Of a stretch of DNA of 64,000 nucleotides, positions 28,939 through 41,006 are shown one piece after another. Source of the stretch: a bacterium (GTDB taxonomy: Bacteria > UBA8248); contig OZ244799.1 of NCBI GenBank assembly GCA_965219955.1, positions 1,856,001 to 1,920,000 on the forward strand. Reading direction: 5' to 3'. The notes under the pieces were generated by a model. That model did not search any database. It worked only from the letters and a program-made list of their open reading frames with translations, and had not been told where the DNA came from. The position numbers and the translations under genes were made by a program. How positions within the stretch are numbered: position 1 is the stretch's first letter; each line of letters begins with the position of its first letter.

Positions 28939-31881
28939 TCAGCGTCGTCTGCGTTTCCCGGGTCTTGATACGTTTGGTTCAGAATCGGAACATTTTCGCG
29001 ATTGCCGCAAGTTTCTCGTATAGTCGCAATCTGGAAAGTTCGAGCAGCCGAGGAAGCGACCGTACTTCCCCATTCTGGCATCCAGCCACCCGTCGCAGAC
29101 GGGACAGGCCTCGATTGTCCCACCACAGTCGCGGCAGCGGTAAGCCTCGCCGGACCTCACGGGAAGGCCTGACCCGCAGCGAGGACAAGCACGCGTTCTG
29201 TGTTCGCAAAGCGGAAAGTTCGAGCAGCCGTAGAAAACACTTCCGTTGCGGGAGTTTTCACGGCGCTCCAGCCGTCCGCTTGTGCATTGTGGACAGGATA
29301 CGTCGCCTTCCGGCGGACGGCCGAACACTTCGACGTCGTATCCACCGTCTTTCAGTTCGTTCACGAATTCGGACGGCGGGCCGCCGTCGGCAAGTAGGAA
29401 GGCCTGCCGTCTCGCCCGGGTGATGGCGACATAGAGCAAACGTCGCTCCTCGGCGTTCGGATGGGCTTCGGACGCCGCCAGCACCAGATCCAGCAGCGGA
29501 TCGTCGGCTATCTCGGCCGGAAACCCGAACTTTCCCGAACACATACCGAGAACCACAGCATAGTCAGCTTCGAGACCCTTGGAGCGGTGCACGGTCTTCC
29601 AACTGAAGCGAAGGCCCGGATACTGCTTCGGCAACGCACCCAGATTGCGGGGACACAGATGCCGGTAGCGGCCCAGCAACAGCACATCCGAAATTCCGTC
29701 GTGACGGCGCACATCCTCCGAGATCCGGTCGAGCGCCTCTTTCAGGAGCGAGAGTTCCTGCTCACCAGGGAGTCCGACGTATACCGCGGGCCGGTCCGCC
29801 TTGCGCGTCGCGCGGACCCTCTTGCGGATTTGCGCCGGATTGCGTAGCACGAAGTCCGTGGCGACCTCGGCTATGCGGTCGGCGCAGCGGAACGTCGTTG
29901 CGAGATCGATACGCTCGAACGCACCGAAATGGTCTCCGAACTCCCGCATGAGCGCAATGTCCGATCCGCCGAACCGGTAGATCGCCTGCCAGTCGTCGCC
30001 GACCGCGAACAATTGGGTCCCCGGTGAACTGTCGAGCAGCGCCTTCAGCAGCCGCGCCCTGGACGGCGAAATATCTTGGAACTCGTCGACCAGGATGTAT
30101 CCGAACGGGCTGCGGTAGTGTCCTCTCTCCACGAGGTCGGTCGCACGGTTGATCATGTCGTGAAAATCGATCTCACCTGAACGTGCAAGCGTGTCCTGAT
30201 AGCGCTCGAAAATCGGCCGGAACACCGCAAGAAACGCTTGCGCCCGCGCACGTTCCCGGTGAGCGTCGGCGCGCTTGGCGATGTCGGCGAAGGACAGCCG
30301 GCTTCCCTTGAAGTGCTGCAGGAAGGATGCCACCAGCCGCGTAAACGGTTCGATTCGCCCCTGTTGTTCGAGAGCAGCGAACGCATCCTCGCGCGGAATC
30401 GGCGAAAGACTCACACCGTGGGGCGCAAGCTTCTCCGTCAGGTTCCTGAGCAGCCTGCCGTCAACCTGTTCGTGGCTGAAGGTTTCAATCAGGACGGTGC
30501 CGTGCTCTGCATGGACGCCGCGCTTCCATTCCATTTCCTGCCGATACGACTGCTGGTCGACGAATGGCGCCGTGTTTCCTTCGGTGTCGATACCGAAGTG
30601 CTCGATATAGACGCCGTGTTCGGGAAGATGGAAGTCGGGCTTGTACTGGCGCTTCTCCGAGGTCGCCAGGTCATGCTCATAGGGGGCTTCGTACTCGTAG
30701 GCGACTCCGTTGAGATAGAGAAAGTTCGCGATCTCGCATTCCTCGAAACTGCGGACGGTTTCGCCTTTGAGCGAGCGTATGTCGAACTTGCGGATATAGT
30801 CGTGGTACTCGCCCCAGTTTCTGAACTCGTGCTCGCTCTTGTATGGCGCAAACCGGTCCTGGAACCATTCATGCAGCGTGGCCGAGAGTTCCCGGTCGGC
30901 GAGCAGATCGGCCACGATTCCCTTGAGCAGGTCGAACAGGGCTCGGTCGCTCTCCGTCGTCGCGGCGAGCGCCGGGCGCTTCCCTTCGGCTTCGCCGATG
31001 ATCGCCATGCCGAGGCTGTGGAATGTGCGCACCGTAACTTCGTGCGCTATTTTTACGCCGAGACGCTTTTCGAGCCGCTCCTCCATCTCCTTGCTGGCGT
31101 CTCGCGCAAAGGCGAGCAACAGCAGTTCAGAGGGCTTGCGATACCCTTTTCTGATGAGCCAGCCTGTCTTGGCTACGATTACCGAGGTCTTGCCGCTTCC
31201 GGCCGCGGCTACCACGAGGTTCCGTTGCTCGTCGATGACGACCGCTCTGCGCTGCTCTTCCGTGAGCGGGCGGGCTTCGATCCGGTCGAATAGCTCACGT
31301 GACCGGACCAGTTCGTTGACGACGAACGACTTGTTGGTTTTCGTCCGGACATCGCCAGACGCTTCGAGAAACTCGAGAACCTCTCGCAGCATCCGAATCT
31401 CGGGGGTATCCGAAAGCGCTTCCGGCCAACGCGCCGCGAAGCCGCTGGTGACTGACTGGGCATCGTTTTCAAGGTCTCTGAACGCATCGGCCGTGAGGTA
31501 TTTCGGTGGATCTGCAATCTCGGCGATGCGGTCGTGGACCGCCCGAATCGCACAGGCCCTTGAGGCGAGGGAGCGGCGCCACCATTGGCATCTCGATGTT
31601 TCGATGGCTTCGGCCAGAGCGCTTCCAGCCATTCGGGACAGGCCCGAAACTTGCGCACTGCCCTTGGTATGACGGATCCGAATTCTGGAATAGAGATTGC
31701 CGCCCCCTGCATCGACCGTTTCCACTTCACCCAACGGTATGTCATTGTAACCCGAACCGAACTGCAGCCGGACGGCTTCGGCGCTCACCGATGCCGCCTT
31801 GGCATGTCTCGGATGCAGGATTGCGAACAGGAACTTTGCCAGCCCGGTTCGTTTGGCTTCAATCAGGACGTTCGCCGCCAA
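28939..31881 (-). CDS. DNA helicase IV (HelD)-like UvrD helicase with inserted nuclease-like domain and C-terminal topoisomerase-type Zn ribbons
   Basis: AAAGSGKT, LVDEFQD, VGDDWQAIY, TVHRSKGLE, EERRLLYVAITR; insert YKPDF..YIEHFG; CPQC..GCSNFPLC, CPVC..GCSNFPDC. Start (TTG 31881) is uncertain. Confidence 0.85.
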   Translation of the reverse strand: MAANVLIEAKRTGLAKFLFAILHPRHAKAASVSAEAVRLQFGSGYNDIPLGEVETVDAGGGNLYSRIRIRHTKGSAQVSGLSRMAGSALAEAIETSRCQWWRRSLASRACAIRAVHDRIAEIADPPKYLTADAFRDLENDAQSVTSGFAARWPEALSDTPEIRMLREVLEFLEASGDVRTKTNKSFVVNELVRSRELFDRIEARPLTEEQRRAVVIDEQRNLVVAAAGSGKTSVIVAKTGWLIRKGYRKPSELLLLAFARDASKEMEERLEKRLGVKIAHEVTVRTFHSLGMAIIGEAEGKRPALAATTESDRALFDLLKGIVADLLADRELSATLHEWFQDRFAPYKSEHEFRNWGEYHDYIRKFDIRSLKGETVRSFEECEIANFLYLNGVAYEYEAPYEHDLATSEKRQYKPDFHLPEHGVYIEHFGIDTEGNTAPFVDQQSYRQEMEWKRGVHAEHGTVLIETFSHEQVDGRLLRNLTEKLAPHGVSLSPIPREDAFAALEQQGRIEPFTRLVASFLQHFKGSRLSFADIAKRADAHRERARAQAFLAVFRPIFERYQDTLARSGEIDFHDMINRATDLVERGHYRSPFGYILVDEFQDISPSRARLLKALLDSSPGTQLFAVGDDWQAIYRFGGSDIALMREFGDHFGAFERIDLATTFRCADRIAEVATDFVLRNPAQIRKRVRATRKADRPAVYVGLPGEQELSLLKEALDRISEDVRRHDGISDVLLLGRYRHLCPRNLGALPKQYPGLRFSWKTVHRSKGLEADYAVVLGMCSGKFGFPAEIADDPLLDLVLAASEAHPNAEERRLLYVAITRARRQAFLLADGGPPSEFVNELKDGGYDVEVFGRPPEGDVSCPQCTSGRLERRENSRNGSVFYGCSNFPLCEHRTRACPRCGSGLPVRSGEAYRCRDCGGTIEACPVCDGWLDARMGKYGRFLGCSNFPDCDYTRNLRQSRKCSDSEPNVSRPGKRRRR

Positions 31882-32059
31882 GCTCGATTGATATCCCGAG
31901 TTCCCGGCGTGTGTGGATTTTTCGGGGGTCTTTCTCAACGCATTCTTTCCTGAGTATTTCAGTGAACAGGGATTTTCGTGGGAAATTAATTCCGACCCCT
32001 TCCAGTAGTTCACCGTCGGATTTACTGACGCCGGAACTCCTTCATGGTCCCTGCCGTCG

Positions 32060-32468
32060 TTGTTCGGACGGTGGCGGCCAAGCTCAAGGAGTTCGAAGCC
32101 CACTCGTGGGAACTCTACCCGGCGGTAGCTCCCGTCTCGTGGTGCGCCTGAGATCAGGTCGTGCCGATGTTCGCATTTCTGCCAGTTATCCGCAAGATGA
32201 TTTATACGAACAACGCCCTGGAGAGCCTGCACCGTTCGTTGCGCAAGATTATCAAGACACCGGAAAGTTTTCTCAGGGACGAGGCAGTGGCGAAGTTGCT
32301 GTTCCTGGCGATCCGTAACGCCGGGATTCGCTGGCGCCGCCCTGTTGACTGGACCGAAGCGATGGGGCAGTTTGCCATCCTGTTCTAGTTCGCTTTTCGG
32401 CCTCAGTGAACTGAGGACGGAGAGCCAAATGCCCCCGGCTGTTACTTGCACAGAAAATCGGACAGGCA
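32060..32468 (+). mobile_element. IS256-family transposase 3' remnant with right end
   Basis: PMFAFLPVIRKMIYTNNALESLHRSLRKIIKT..AMGQFAILF; terminal GCACAGAAAATCGGACAGGC. Confidence 0.8.
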
Positions 32469-32523
32469 TTGTCGCATCTTTGAGACTCTTGAGTGGACCG
32501 CCTATGCCACAGGAGACGCCACC

Positions 32524-33111
32524 ATGATATCGCCGCAGGCCAAACCCTACGCCACCCCTGTTCTGCTAATCACCGCGGCACTTGCGCTCCTGCTGCTCAC
32601 CCTTGCTAAGGAAGCGGCGGCACAGACGCGTGAGCGCAGGTGGACCGTGACCTGCGGTCTGCCAAAGCAACATCCGCTCCTTGCCCTTGCTCCCACAGGC
32701 GGAGACAATGGCCTTTGGATGGGCGATACGCGTAGTGGGCACTTGAGGGTGAAGAAGCTTCACAGCCTTCATCCCGAAGGTGGCGTCAGCACTGAGTTGT
32801 GGGTGCTCTCGCGCAACGTCGGCTGGTGGAGGCTGAAGGCAATCAGGATCCACCCGGAAGATTGGTCGGAACTCCCAGACCCCGAGAATTTGGTCAAAGG
32901 CCAGGGCCTGCGCGGAATACGCCAAATCATCGACTCCCCGTTCCTGTCTCAGTCCACCATTATACGCGCGGGGAACACCGACGAGGAGGAATTGGTGAAT
33001 GGACAGATACTGGCCCTGATGCCGGACGCTTCCCGTCTGCAGTGCGCCTCTTCGAGGCGGCGGGAAGAGTCGGGCGGCTCAGAAAAGTCGATGCGTGGTC
33101 GGTCCAAATAG
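32524..33111 (+). CDS. Hypothetical secreted protein
   Basis: AGGAG RBS; hydrophobic signal ending AAA-Q. Confidence 0.55.
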   Translation: MISPQAKPYATPVLLITAALALLLLTLAKEAAAQTRERRWTVTCGLPKQHPLLALAPTGGDNGLWMGDTRSGHLRVKKLHSLHPEGGVSTELWVLSRNVGWWRLKAIRIHPEDWSELPDPENLVKGQGLRGIRQIIDSPFLSQSTIIRAGNTDEEELVNGQILALMPDASRLQCASSRRREESGGSEKSMRGRSK

Positions 33112-33168
33112 AATTGGGAGTTTCTCTTCTGTGGCAACTAACATGCCCGAGTGAATGGCTGACGCTCG

Positions 33169-33501
33169 CTAACGACTTAGCCGGTCAGCAAAACGTCCAC
33201 AACCACCTTCATTGCCCTCGACATCGTACGCCGTGATGCGATCCCGTGAATCCACGAAAACGCGAAGCTTGCAGTAGTATATGTAAGATTGCTGCCCATA
33301 GTTCATGTAGTTTTTGGTCGACCAGATGTAGAATTTCCGCCCGGCAACCTTTCCTTCGGCATCGGGCAACCCTAGCTTTGCAAATACGTTGGACGCGGGA
33401 CTACCAAACATACTAGATATCTTCTCCGTGATGATTTTACCCGCGCAGCCAGCGAGAAATAGAGCTAATATCCCCGCCCCTGCGATCTTTCGCCAGTTCA
33501 T
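33169..33501 (-). CDS. Small lipoprotein
   Basis: MNWRK..LALFLAGC lipobox; AT-richer gene. Confidence 0.7.
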   Translation of the reverse strand: MNWRKIAGAGILALFLAGCAGKIITEKISSMFGSPASNVFAKLGLPDAEGKVAGRKFYIWSTKNYMNYGQQSYIYYCKLRVFVDSRDRITAYDVEGNEGGCGRFADRLSR

Positions 33502-33760
33502 GATACTGCCCCAATCGTGACTATCAAGTTGATGTTGCCCGCGCGACTCTGAATGTACCCTACAGAGTGCTTCCTATCATTTCAAGGGGAACGTGAAATA
33601 CGAGGTAGAGACCATTTTGAACGGACGACTTGAAAATTGATTTTGGTATCAAGGCCACTATACGCACCACGAGACCGTGACCCACTCCGATGAAATCTGG
33701 AGGATGAGCGATGTTCGCACGATCAGCAGGAAGGCGTGTGGTCGCTGTTCAAGACGTCAC

Positions 33761-36700
33761 CTAACGGATCGGCTCGAATACGAGTTCCGGCACGATCACT
33801 TCCCAAGCGTCGCATCGTATGGAATTGTGATACTTGGGCTGCGAGGCTTCACGGCTCCACCCGCTGACGGCCCACACTTCGGCGGAACGGCACCGGGTCC
33901 CCAGCGGCGGCTCGAAACTCCCGGCGAGGCGTCCCACCACCACGCCCCTCTGGTCCCGCAACTCCCAGCGACCCTGATCCGTGATGCGCGTATCGAGCCG
34001 GTCGCCCGGCGAGAGCCCGGCGATGGCGCGGTGAACCGGATGCCGGGCGGCTCGCCGTCCGGCGAAGCCCAGGTCCACTTCCTTAAGACTCGGTCGGGCG
34101 TAGTGGTACCCGAGCGTCGTGGGGGCCGGCGGAAGCTCGGCCGGTTCGCGGCGTATGACGGCGGGATGATCCGTCAACTCGTCCGGGAACCCATTGGACT
34201 CTTCGAAACGAGCGAGCGTCAGGGTCTGCCGGACGCGCGTCATGGCCACGTAGTACAGACGGCGCTCCTCATCCCCGTTTTGCCCGACGCGGCTCCAGCC
34301 GCCGTCCAGCACGGCCACGTGGTCGAACTCCAGTCCCTTGGCGCCATGGGCGGTCGACACCAGGAGGCCGCGCTGTCGCCTGCGCACCTCCCGGCCCCAC
34401 TCAGCCAGCCATTCGATAAAATGATCCACCGGCGTCTCCGCTCCGCCGGTTTCGAGCGCGTGCTCCTCGACGGCCTCGCGCAGCAGGTCATTCCAGGCAC
34501 CGGGCGAGTGCGCTTCCGCCCAACCGGCGAGAGCCGCCCCGTCGACCACGCGGGGTCTGCGCGCGCGCAGCCATTCGAGGAACGCGCGGGTCTCCCGCAG
34601 ATGCCAGAAACCCGGAATTTCTTCATCCGCCATCTGAACCGGAACGCCCTTCGCTTCGCAGAAGGCGCGCACGGGGAACAAATACTTCCACTCGCGCGCG
34701 AGCACAGCGCAGCGGGACCAGTTCCAATCGGGCGTTAGCTTCGCGAGGCGCCGGAGTTCCGCCATGACGGCCCGCGCCTGATGGAGCGGGTCGCGGCCCG
34801 CAGGCAGGATTTGCACACGCCCCCGCGAAAGCGGGTCCAGTTTTTCCCACGCGCCGCCCGGCGGGTCATTCTCGCGCGCGCGGTTGACGTGGATCGCGTG
34901 GTCGGTTTTCATGCGTTCGCGGGCTTGTTCGATCACCGCGTTGGCCGCCGCCACGACGTGGGCCGTGGAGCGGTAGTTCGCCGTGAGATAGGTGGGGCGG
35001 GCTTTGTAATCCGCCCCGAAGCGGCGGATGTACTCCACCAAGGTGCCCTTGAAGGCGTAGATGTTCTGATCGTCGTCGCCGACCGCAAACAGGGTGAGCT
35101 TGCCGTCCTCGTCATCGAGCGTCCGCCCGGCCAGGGCCGAGATCAACGCGTACTCTTCTTCGCCGACGTCCTGATATTCGTCCACCAGTATCCAGCGGAA
35201 GCCCGCCAGCAGACGCTCGCGCTGCTCATCCGCCTCCTCGGTCGGCAGGCCCTCTCCGCGCAGCAATTCCGCGGCGCGGCGGAGCACCTCCCGGAACGCC
35301 TCCTCGTCAGGGCGTTCCGCCTGGTTCCGGAAACTGAACCCGGTCAGGCGCATCGCCAGGGCGTGGCAGGTGAGGACGGTGACGCCTCGGGCGTCGTTTC
35401 CGATCAATTCCCCGAGGCGGCGGCGTATCTCGACCGCCGCGTGGCGGTTGTAGGCCAGTGCAAGAATGCTGCGGGGACTCTCCCGCCTCACGCGGATCAG
35501 ATAGGCGATGCGGTGCACCAGCACCCGCGTCTTGCCCGAACCGGGGCCCGCGAGCACCAGCACGTTCGTCTGCTCCCGGTCGTCGGCGACGATGCGCTGC
35601 TGGACGGGGTTGTTCAGGTTTTGAACGATGGCTTGCCAGGACGCGGGCGTGGTCTGGCGTCCGATCTCCCTGCCCCGGCCCGGCAGCCAGCGCGCGAGAA
35701 ACGCCTCCTCCGACAGCGTGAAGTAGTCCTTCGCCAGACGCTCCGCATCGCGCTCGGCGTCGAGGCCGCGCTTGGCGAACTCCGCCATCACGTGGACGTG
35801 CAACACCTGTCCCTTGTAATGAAGGGCCAGGGGTTTGAAGTCCTCATTCGTGAAGCCGCGCCGCTGCCGGTTTTGCAGGCGGATGGTCATGGCGCGTCGG
35901 AACACGGCGAGGCCCTTGTTCAGGCGCATGACCTCCATTTCGTGCAGCCAGAGCAGGGCGCGGTCGAGGAGTTTATCGGGGTGGCGGACCCTGCTCTTCA
36001 ATATCAGGTCGGACTCGATCGCCTCCAGCAGCTTCCCGAGCGTGGTTTCCGCCAGCAGATCCACGCCGCGGCTTCCGGGCGGCAGGCGGTCGAGGAGGTG
36101 CTCCAGCAGCCGTGAGGCCGCCGCGCGCCGGAGTTCGGCCGTCTCCTCCAGGTCTTCCCACTCCCGGCGCAGCGTCACCCAAACGGTCTCCGCGTCCCGT
36201 TTCCGCACCGTCAGGCTCCCGCCCGCGCCGTCCTCGCCGCGGCCGTCCCGGGCGATACCTCGGAGGATGCGCAAAAGCCGTTCCGGCAGCGGATCGGGCA
36301 AGCCCTCGTCCCTCAGTTTTTGGGCGGCGATGCGCAGGTGAAGCGTCGACGCCTCTCCCTTCCCTATATCCGGCGCCGCCTCGCGCAAATACGCGATCAG
36401 GGCGGTCTCCAAGGCCACCGCTTCTTCGAGGCGCTTTTGGGAACTGCGCTCCACGCCGGCGTGGACGAACGCGGTCAGCGCCGTGTCGTTGCTGGCGATG
36501 CCAAACCGTTCCAAGTCGTTCAGTGCGCGGCACACATCCTCGGAACTCAGCCCCGATACTCCCATCAGTTCGTCGGTGCTGACACCCTCGTCCGGGGGGG
36601 CGTCGATGAGCGCTTCGACGATGCGCAGCAATTGGCCGCGATAGGCTTGGGTAATGTTCGCTTTCGCGAGCTGCTCTTTGGCCTCCTCGACCGAGCGCAC

Positions 36701-38872
36701 CCGGAGCGAGGAGGGGAACACATGCACCGTGTTCTCCTCGCGGGCCAGCAGTTCGGATTCCTCCAGCCAGGCGACGGCGGTGCGCACCCGCGTGTCGTCG
36801 GTGGCCGAATCCCGCTCGAACGCGTTCTCCTCGTCCTCCCCCAGTATCTCGCCCTCCGTAGCCACCACCTCGCCGCCGGAGTGTTTCTTGCGGTCCAGGC
36901 TGCGCAAGGCCCGGAGAATGCCGTGTATCTCCCGCCGGGTGAGACGCGAGCGGGCCGACATGCCGAACCTGTTTTCCACGTCTTCCGCCGTGTAGAGCAG
37001 CACGCACCGCGCCGGCGCCCCATCCCGCCCGGCGCGGCCCGCCTCCTGGAAATAGTGCTCCAGCGACCCCGGTATGTCGGCGTGGACGACCAGACGCACG
37101 TCCGGCTTGTCGATCCCCATGCCGAAGGCGTTGGTCGCCGCGATAACGCGCAACTCGCCGTCGATGAAGCGGCGCTGCGTATCTTTCTTGATCTCCGGCG
37201 AGAGGCCCGCGTGGAAATGCTCCGCCGCCACGCCCTTCTGTTTCAGGTATTCGGCGATATCTTCGCTGCCCCGCCGTGTCGCGCAATAGACGATGGCGCC
37301 GCCGGGCACATCGGACGGCAGGTGCGATTCCAGTATCTGGTGGATGTGGGCGAACTTCTCGCCCCCCGTGGTCGGGATCACCTCGAACGTCAGATTAGGT
37401 CTTTCCGAGCCGCCGTCGAACACCTTGAGCTCGACCCCGACCTTCTCCCGGAAATGGGCCAGTACGTCCTCGATGACGCCGGGCCTGGCTGTGGCGGTCA
37501 GGCACATCACGGGGGGTATCCGCCCCTCGCCCGCCTTCTCCCGGATAAAGCGGCCCACGTAGCGGTAATCGGGCCGGAAGTCGTGACCCCACTGTGACAG
37601 GCAGTGGGCCTCGTCCACCACCCAGCCGCCGATCTCCCGCTGGGCGAGCGCCCGGCGCAAGGAGCGGGAGCGGAGTTGCTCGGGAGAGATTATCAGGATG
37701 CCCGCGTCCCCCAAACGCACCTGGTCGAGTGCGTCCGAGCGCTCGGGCATGGACAGGAGCCCGTTGATGGTCACACAGCAGTCGACGTTGCGCGCTTCCA
37801 GCCCGGCCACCTGGTCGGCCATCAGCGCGACCAGGGGCGAGATGACCACCGTGAGCGCACCCGTCTTGTAATACCGCGAGAGCGCGGGAACCTGGTAGCA
37901 GATCGACTTGCCGGTTCCCGTGGGCAGGATGCCGAGGATGTGCTCCCTCGCCATCGCCGCCTCGACGATGGCGCGCTGCATGGGACGTCCATCGTCGACC
38001 GCCGGTTTCAGCCGAAAATTCTTGATCTTGGGACCGAACCAGCGCGCAAGCTCCTTGCGGGCGTCGTGCCGCTCCCGGCACCAGCCGCATTCGGGAGCGG
38101 CGCAGGCGGTGTCCCGGAGGCGGCGCACCAAGTCGCCCGCTTCCGGGAACTGGTGGCGCACCCAGGGCGGCATGACCGAGTTGCCGCCGGCCACCGAAAG
38201 CCACGCCAGCGCGTAGGCAAGCGGCCATCCGAAACCGGCTGCTTCCGCCAGCATCTCACGCCCCCAAGTCGTGCAGGCTACGCCGTCGAGCCGCCGGCCT
38301 ATCGCCTCGCACGCTTCGGCGCCAGACGGTCGGCGCGAGCGGCGAATCTCTGCGAACAGATCGTCCAGGGCGCGGTCCACGCCCCCGGGCTCAGGCGTGG
38401 TCAGCCAATGCCATGCCGTCAGCAGGTCAGGCTCCGCGCGGGGCAGCTTTTCCAATTGCTCGCCAAAGACCTCCAGCGCGAGGCGGGCGTCGAGTTCGGG
38501 GTCGTTGATCCGCCCGCGCCTGAGCCCGCCGTCCTGGTAGTGCTTGACAAGGCGATGATAGGGGTTGCGGGGAAAGGCGAGAGGGCTGAGACGCAGCGTA
38601 TCCACCACGGGCAGCTTCAACAACCGCAGGTCGGGTTTCGCCGCCGCGAGATGCGGCAGGTCGAAGGCGATCAGGTTGTGGCCCAGAACGAACGACGCTC
38701 CGTCGGCCAACTCATCGAGTTTCTCCAGCGCGGCCGTCAGACCGCCGCCGGAATGCGTCAGGCTCTCTCCGGTGTCCGCGCGCACCGCGCCCAAGGCGTG
38801 GATAACGCCATTCCTGCTGACCTCCAGGTCTATCGACAGGCAGCGGGGGCGATAGGGATTGTCCCGCCCCAA
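33761..38872 (-). CDS. Multidomain helicase: DEDD-like exonuclease, RecQ helicase and UvrD helicase (1703 aa)
   Basis: IDLE..GHN..FD..DTL; [38 protein letters not shown]; [42 protein letters not shown]. Confidence 0.9.
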   Translation of the reverse strand: MGRDNPYRPRCLSIDLEVSRNGVIHALGAVRADTGESLTHSGGGLTAALEKLDELADGASFVLGHNLIAFDLPHLAAAKPDLRLLKLPVVDTLRLSPLAFPRNPYHRLVKHYQDGGLRRGRINDPELDARLALEVFGEQLEKLPRAEPDLLTAWHWLTTPEPGGVDRALDDLFAEIRRSRRPSGAEACEAIGRRLDGVACTTWGREMLAEAAGFGWPLAYALAWLSVAGGNSVMPPWVRHQFPEAGDLVRRLRDTACAAPECGWCRERHDARKELARWFGPKIKNFRLKPAVDDGRPMQRAIVEAAMAREHILGILPTGTGKSICYQVPALSRYYKTGALTVVISPLVALMADQVAGLEARNVDCCVTINGLLSMPERSDALDQVRLGDAGILIISPEQLRSRSLRRALAQREIGGWVVDEAHCLSQWGHDFRPDYRYVGRFIREKAGEGRIPPVMCLTATARPGVIEDVLAHFREKVGVELKVFDGGSERPNLTFEVIPTTGGEKFAHIHQILESHLPSDVPGGAIVYCATRRGSEDIAEYLKQKGVAAEHFHAGLSPEIKKDTQRRFIDGELRVIAATNAFGMGIDKPDVRLVVHADIPGSLEHYFQEAGRAGRDGAPARCVLLYTAEDVENRFGMSARSRLTRREIHGILRALRSLDRKKHSGGEVVATEGEILGEDEENAFERDSATDDTRVRTAVAWLEESELLAREENTVHVFPSSLRVRSVEEAKEQLAKANITQAYRGQLLRIVEALIDAPPDEGVSTDELMGVSGLSSEDVCRALNDLERFGIASNDTALTAFVHAGVERSSQKRLEEAVALETALIAYLREAAPDIGKGEASTLHLRIAAQKLRDEGLPDPLPERLLRILRGIARDGRGEDGAGGSLTVRKRDAETVWVTLRREWEDLEETAELRRAAASRLLEHLLDRLPPGSRGVDLLAETTLGKLLEAIESDLILKSRVRHPDKLLDRALLWLHEMEVMRLNKGLAVFRRAMTIRLQNRQRRGFTNEDFKPLALHYKGQVLHVHVMAEFAKRGLDAERDAERLAKDYFTLSEEAFLARWLPGRGREIGRQTTPASWQAIVQNLNNPVQQRIVADDREQTNVLVLAGPGSGKTRVLVHRIAYLIRVRRESPRSILALAYNRHAAVEIRRRLGELIGNDARGVTVLTCHALAMRLTGFSFRNQAERPDEEAFREVLRRAAELLRGEGLPTEEADEQRERLLAGFRWILVDEYQDVGEEEYALISALAGRTLDDEDGKLTLFAVGDDDQNIYAFKGTLVEYIRRFGADYKARPTYLTANYRSTAHVVAAANAVIEQARERMKTDHAIHVNRARENDPPGGAWEKLDPLSRGRVQILPAGRDPLHQARAVMAELRRLAKLTPDWNWSRCAVLAREWKYLFPVRAFCEAKGVPVQMADEEIPGFWHLRETRAFLEWLRARRPRVVDGAALAGWAEAHSPGAWNDLLREAVEEHALETGGAETPVDHFIEWLAEWGREVRRRQRGLLVSTAHGAKGLEFDHVAVLDGGWSRVGQNGDEERRLYYVAMTRVRQTLTLARFEESNGFPDELTDHPAVIRREPAELPPAPTTLGYHYARPSLKEVDLGFAGRRAARHPVHRAIAGLSPGDRLDTRITDQGRWELRDQRGVVVGRLAGSFEPPLGTRCRSAEVWAVSGWSREASQPKYHNSIRCDAWEVIVPELVFEPIR

Positions 38873-39334
38873 CGACGGGGTGTCTCTCGTATTGATGCCG
38901 AATGTTCCTGCAGCGGGCGGATGGCCGTCTTCTAGATTCTCGCCACGACCCGACAGGAATTTTCAGTCGGCATTACGTCGCCGGTCGAATATCCCCGGCT
39001 CGACGGCGGGCGGAACCCTTTTCCTCATCTAAGCCATATTATCTTTTCCGCTATCGCCGGGCGCAACCCGAAGCGCGGGTTTTCCGCAGAAAAACTGCAC
39101 CGTTTGCTCCTCGGCACCGACCGAACAGATCGGCGCCACACATACAAGAAGCAGTCAAGGTGAACTCCACAACTTTGCGCTACGTCCTGCACGGCGTCAT
39201 CTCCCTGCTCTGCTCCCCGAAGAGGCGGAGTCCGGCCGGGAGGGGGCGTCGGCGGGGCGTCCGGGAGAGGCGGTACTTCCCTCCTCGGTCAGTACCGACT
39301 CGCCATCATCCATCCCACAACAAGGAGGCGCGCG

Positions 39335-39634
39335 ATGCGGAAACCCAAACCGGAAGCGGACACATTCCTTACCCATCTCTTCACCCGCGGCCTGGCGGAC
39401 GAGAGATACGCCGTGGAACGCTACAGATCCGCAGAGGGGGGCGAGATCAGGCCCGTGCCCGCCCGGGACAAGGCAGGCCGCAGAAGGAAGCGCGTGACCG
39501 CCTCGCGCAGGGCGGTCCGGGAGATGCGGCCCGCGCACGACGAACTCATCGTCTGCACGGGGATCCGGGTCCCCGGCAGCGGGCTGCAGCTCTGGGGCGA
39601 GCACCTCGTGTGGGCCCGGATGCTCACCCGGTGA
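39335..39634 (+). CDS. Module orphan A, copy 2
   Basis: Paralog of 8231-8530. Confidence 0.8.
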   Translation: MRKPKPEADTFLTHLFTRGLADERYAVERYRSAEGGEIRPVPARDKAGRRRKRVTASRRAVREMRPAHDELIVCTGIRVPGSGLQLWGEHLVWARMLTR

Positions 39635-39729
39635 GGAAGCCCCCCTCGGGGAGGACTTCCGCCCGCAAGACGTCTGGCCGGCCCGGCGCCGGCCGCACGT
39701 ATTCCACTCACCCCAGGGAGGGAGACTGG

Positions 39730-40539
39730 ATGCCTCACAGAGATCCGGAGAGACGACGCGAGTATGAGCGCGAGCGCCACCGCAAACGCACCGCCGACCG
39801 ACTCGCGCGCGGCCTGTGCCCCAGATGCGGAAAGGTTCCTCCCGCCCCCGGACGCAGGGTATGTGAACCCTGTGGCGAGAGGGAACGCGCCGCCGGGCGC
39901 GCCCGATACCTCAAGCGAAAACTCGAGGGAGCCGCGTACGGCGGCCGCTGCCCCGAGAGCCGCCGGCGCATGGCGCGGGAGAGGCACAAGAGGCGAAGGC
40001 GCGAGCGCAAGGAGGCCGGCCTCTGCACGGCCTGTGGAGAGCGTCCCCCGGTCGAGGGGGGCGCGGTTTGTGAGACCTGCCGGGAGGCGAGGCGCGCTGA
40101 AGAGCGGAAGCTCTACGCCGCCAGGAGAGCGAAAGGGCTGTGCGGCAGGTGCGGGAGGCCGACGTTCGCAGGCGCCGCGCAATGCGGTCCCTGCGCCGCG
40201 CTCGAAGGAAGCCGTTCAACGAAGAAGAACGCCGCGAGCCGCAGACGTTATCACGACAGGCGCGCCCGTGGGCTTTGCGTCGACTGCGGCGTCCACGCTG
40301 ACGCAGGGGTGAGATGTACTCCCTGCGCTCGCCGATCGTACCACTCCTCGGGAGAGCACAAGGGGATGCCCGTCTATCCGCCGCGCTACACCGTCGTCGA
40401 GCTCGCCACGGGCGAGGAGCACGGCCCCTGGGACTCCTGGGAGGAGGTCGCGATGTGCCTCGCGTTCAGCAAACTCTCACGGGATGAGGTGGAGGTGGTT
40501 ACGGACAGTCCGGTAGTGGCGACTCTCACCGGCTACTGA
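39730..40539 (+). CDS. Module Zn-finger repeat protein B, copy 2
   Basis: Eight CxxC motifs retained; same 269-aa length as 8626-9435. Confidence 0.85.
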   Translation: MPHRDPERRREYERERHRKRTADRLARGLCPRCGKVPPAPGRRVCEPCGERERAAGRARYLKRKLEGAAYGGRCPESRRRMARERHKRRRRERKEAGLCTACGERPPVEGGAVCETCREARRAEERKLYAARRAKGLCGRCGRPTFAGAAQCGPCAALEGSRSTKKNAASRRRYHDRRARGLCVDCGVHADAGVRCTPCARRSYHSSGEHKGMPVYPPRYTVVELATGEEHGPWDSWEEVAMCLAFSKLSRDEVEVVTDSPVVATLTGY

Positions 40540-40646
40540 GCGCCGACTCGCGGCCGGGCCTGCACGTGCCGCCGTCCCGTCGCCGGCGGGGGGCAGGCAC
40601 GACCGGGGAGGGGGATGACGCCGCCCTGCTGCGCAGCCGGCCGGTT

Positions 40647-41006
40647 TCAGTCCGGCACGGGGAGCCACCACCACAACAGCCAGGCCGGGAGGCTGAGAAC
40701 GACCGCCCAGGCGGCTATCGCGAGCGGGCCGGGGAGTCCCGCCACCATGGGCGCCGTTACCGCCCCGAGCACCGCCCACGTCGCCCACGCGGCGCGGCGC
40801 CAACCCAGCCGCCATATCTGCCGGCAAGCCAGGGCGAGAGGCAACCCGCACGGCGCCAGGGACGCCGCCGACTCCGGGAACATCGGCGTCCAGGCCTCGG
40901 GCGCCGTCCAGAAGAGCACGGCGGCGGTCACGAACACCCCGAGCGGCAGCCACAGGAGCGCCGGCGCCCAGAAGCCGTACCGCCTGATGCCTCTGCTGTT
41001 GTCCAT
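40647..41006 (-). CDS. Module membrane protein C, copy 2
   Basis: Paralog of 9583-9954. Confidence 0.65.
   Translation of the reverse strand: MDNSRGIRRYGFWAPALLWLPLGVFVTAAVLFWTAPEAWTPMFPESAASLAPCGLPLALACRQIWRLGWRRAAWATWAVLGAVTAPMVAGLPGPLAIAAWAVVLSLPAWLLWWWLPVPD

Noticed and set aside
31882-32469. N-terminal ~195 aa of the 1176-aa ORF as real protein
   Set aside because: It is mostly the antisense reading of an IS256 remnant; helicase-like sequence begins near 31881.
38902-39729. Long N-terminal extensions of ORFs 38902..40539, 8113..9435, 40566..41822 and 10164..10796
   Set aside because: They overlap better-supported genes in other frames; RBS positions and cross-copy conservation point to the shorter starts.
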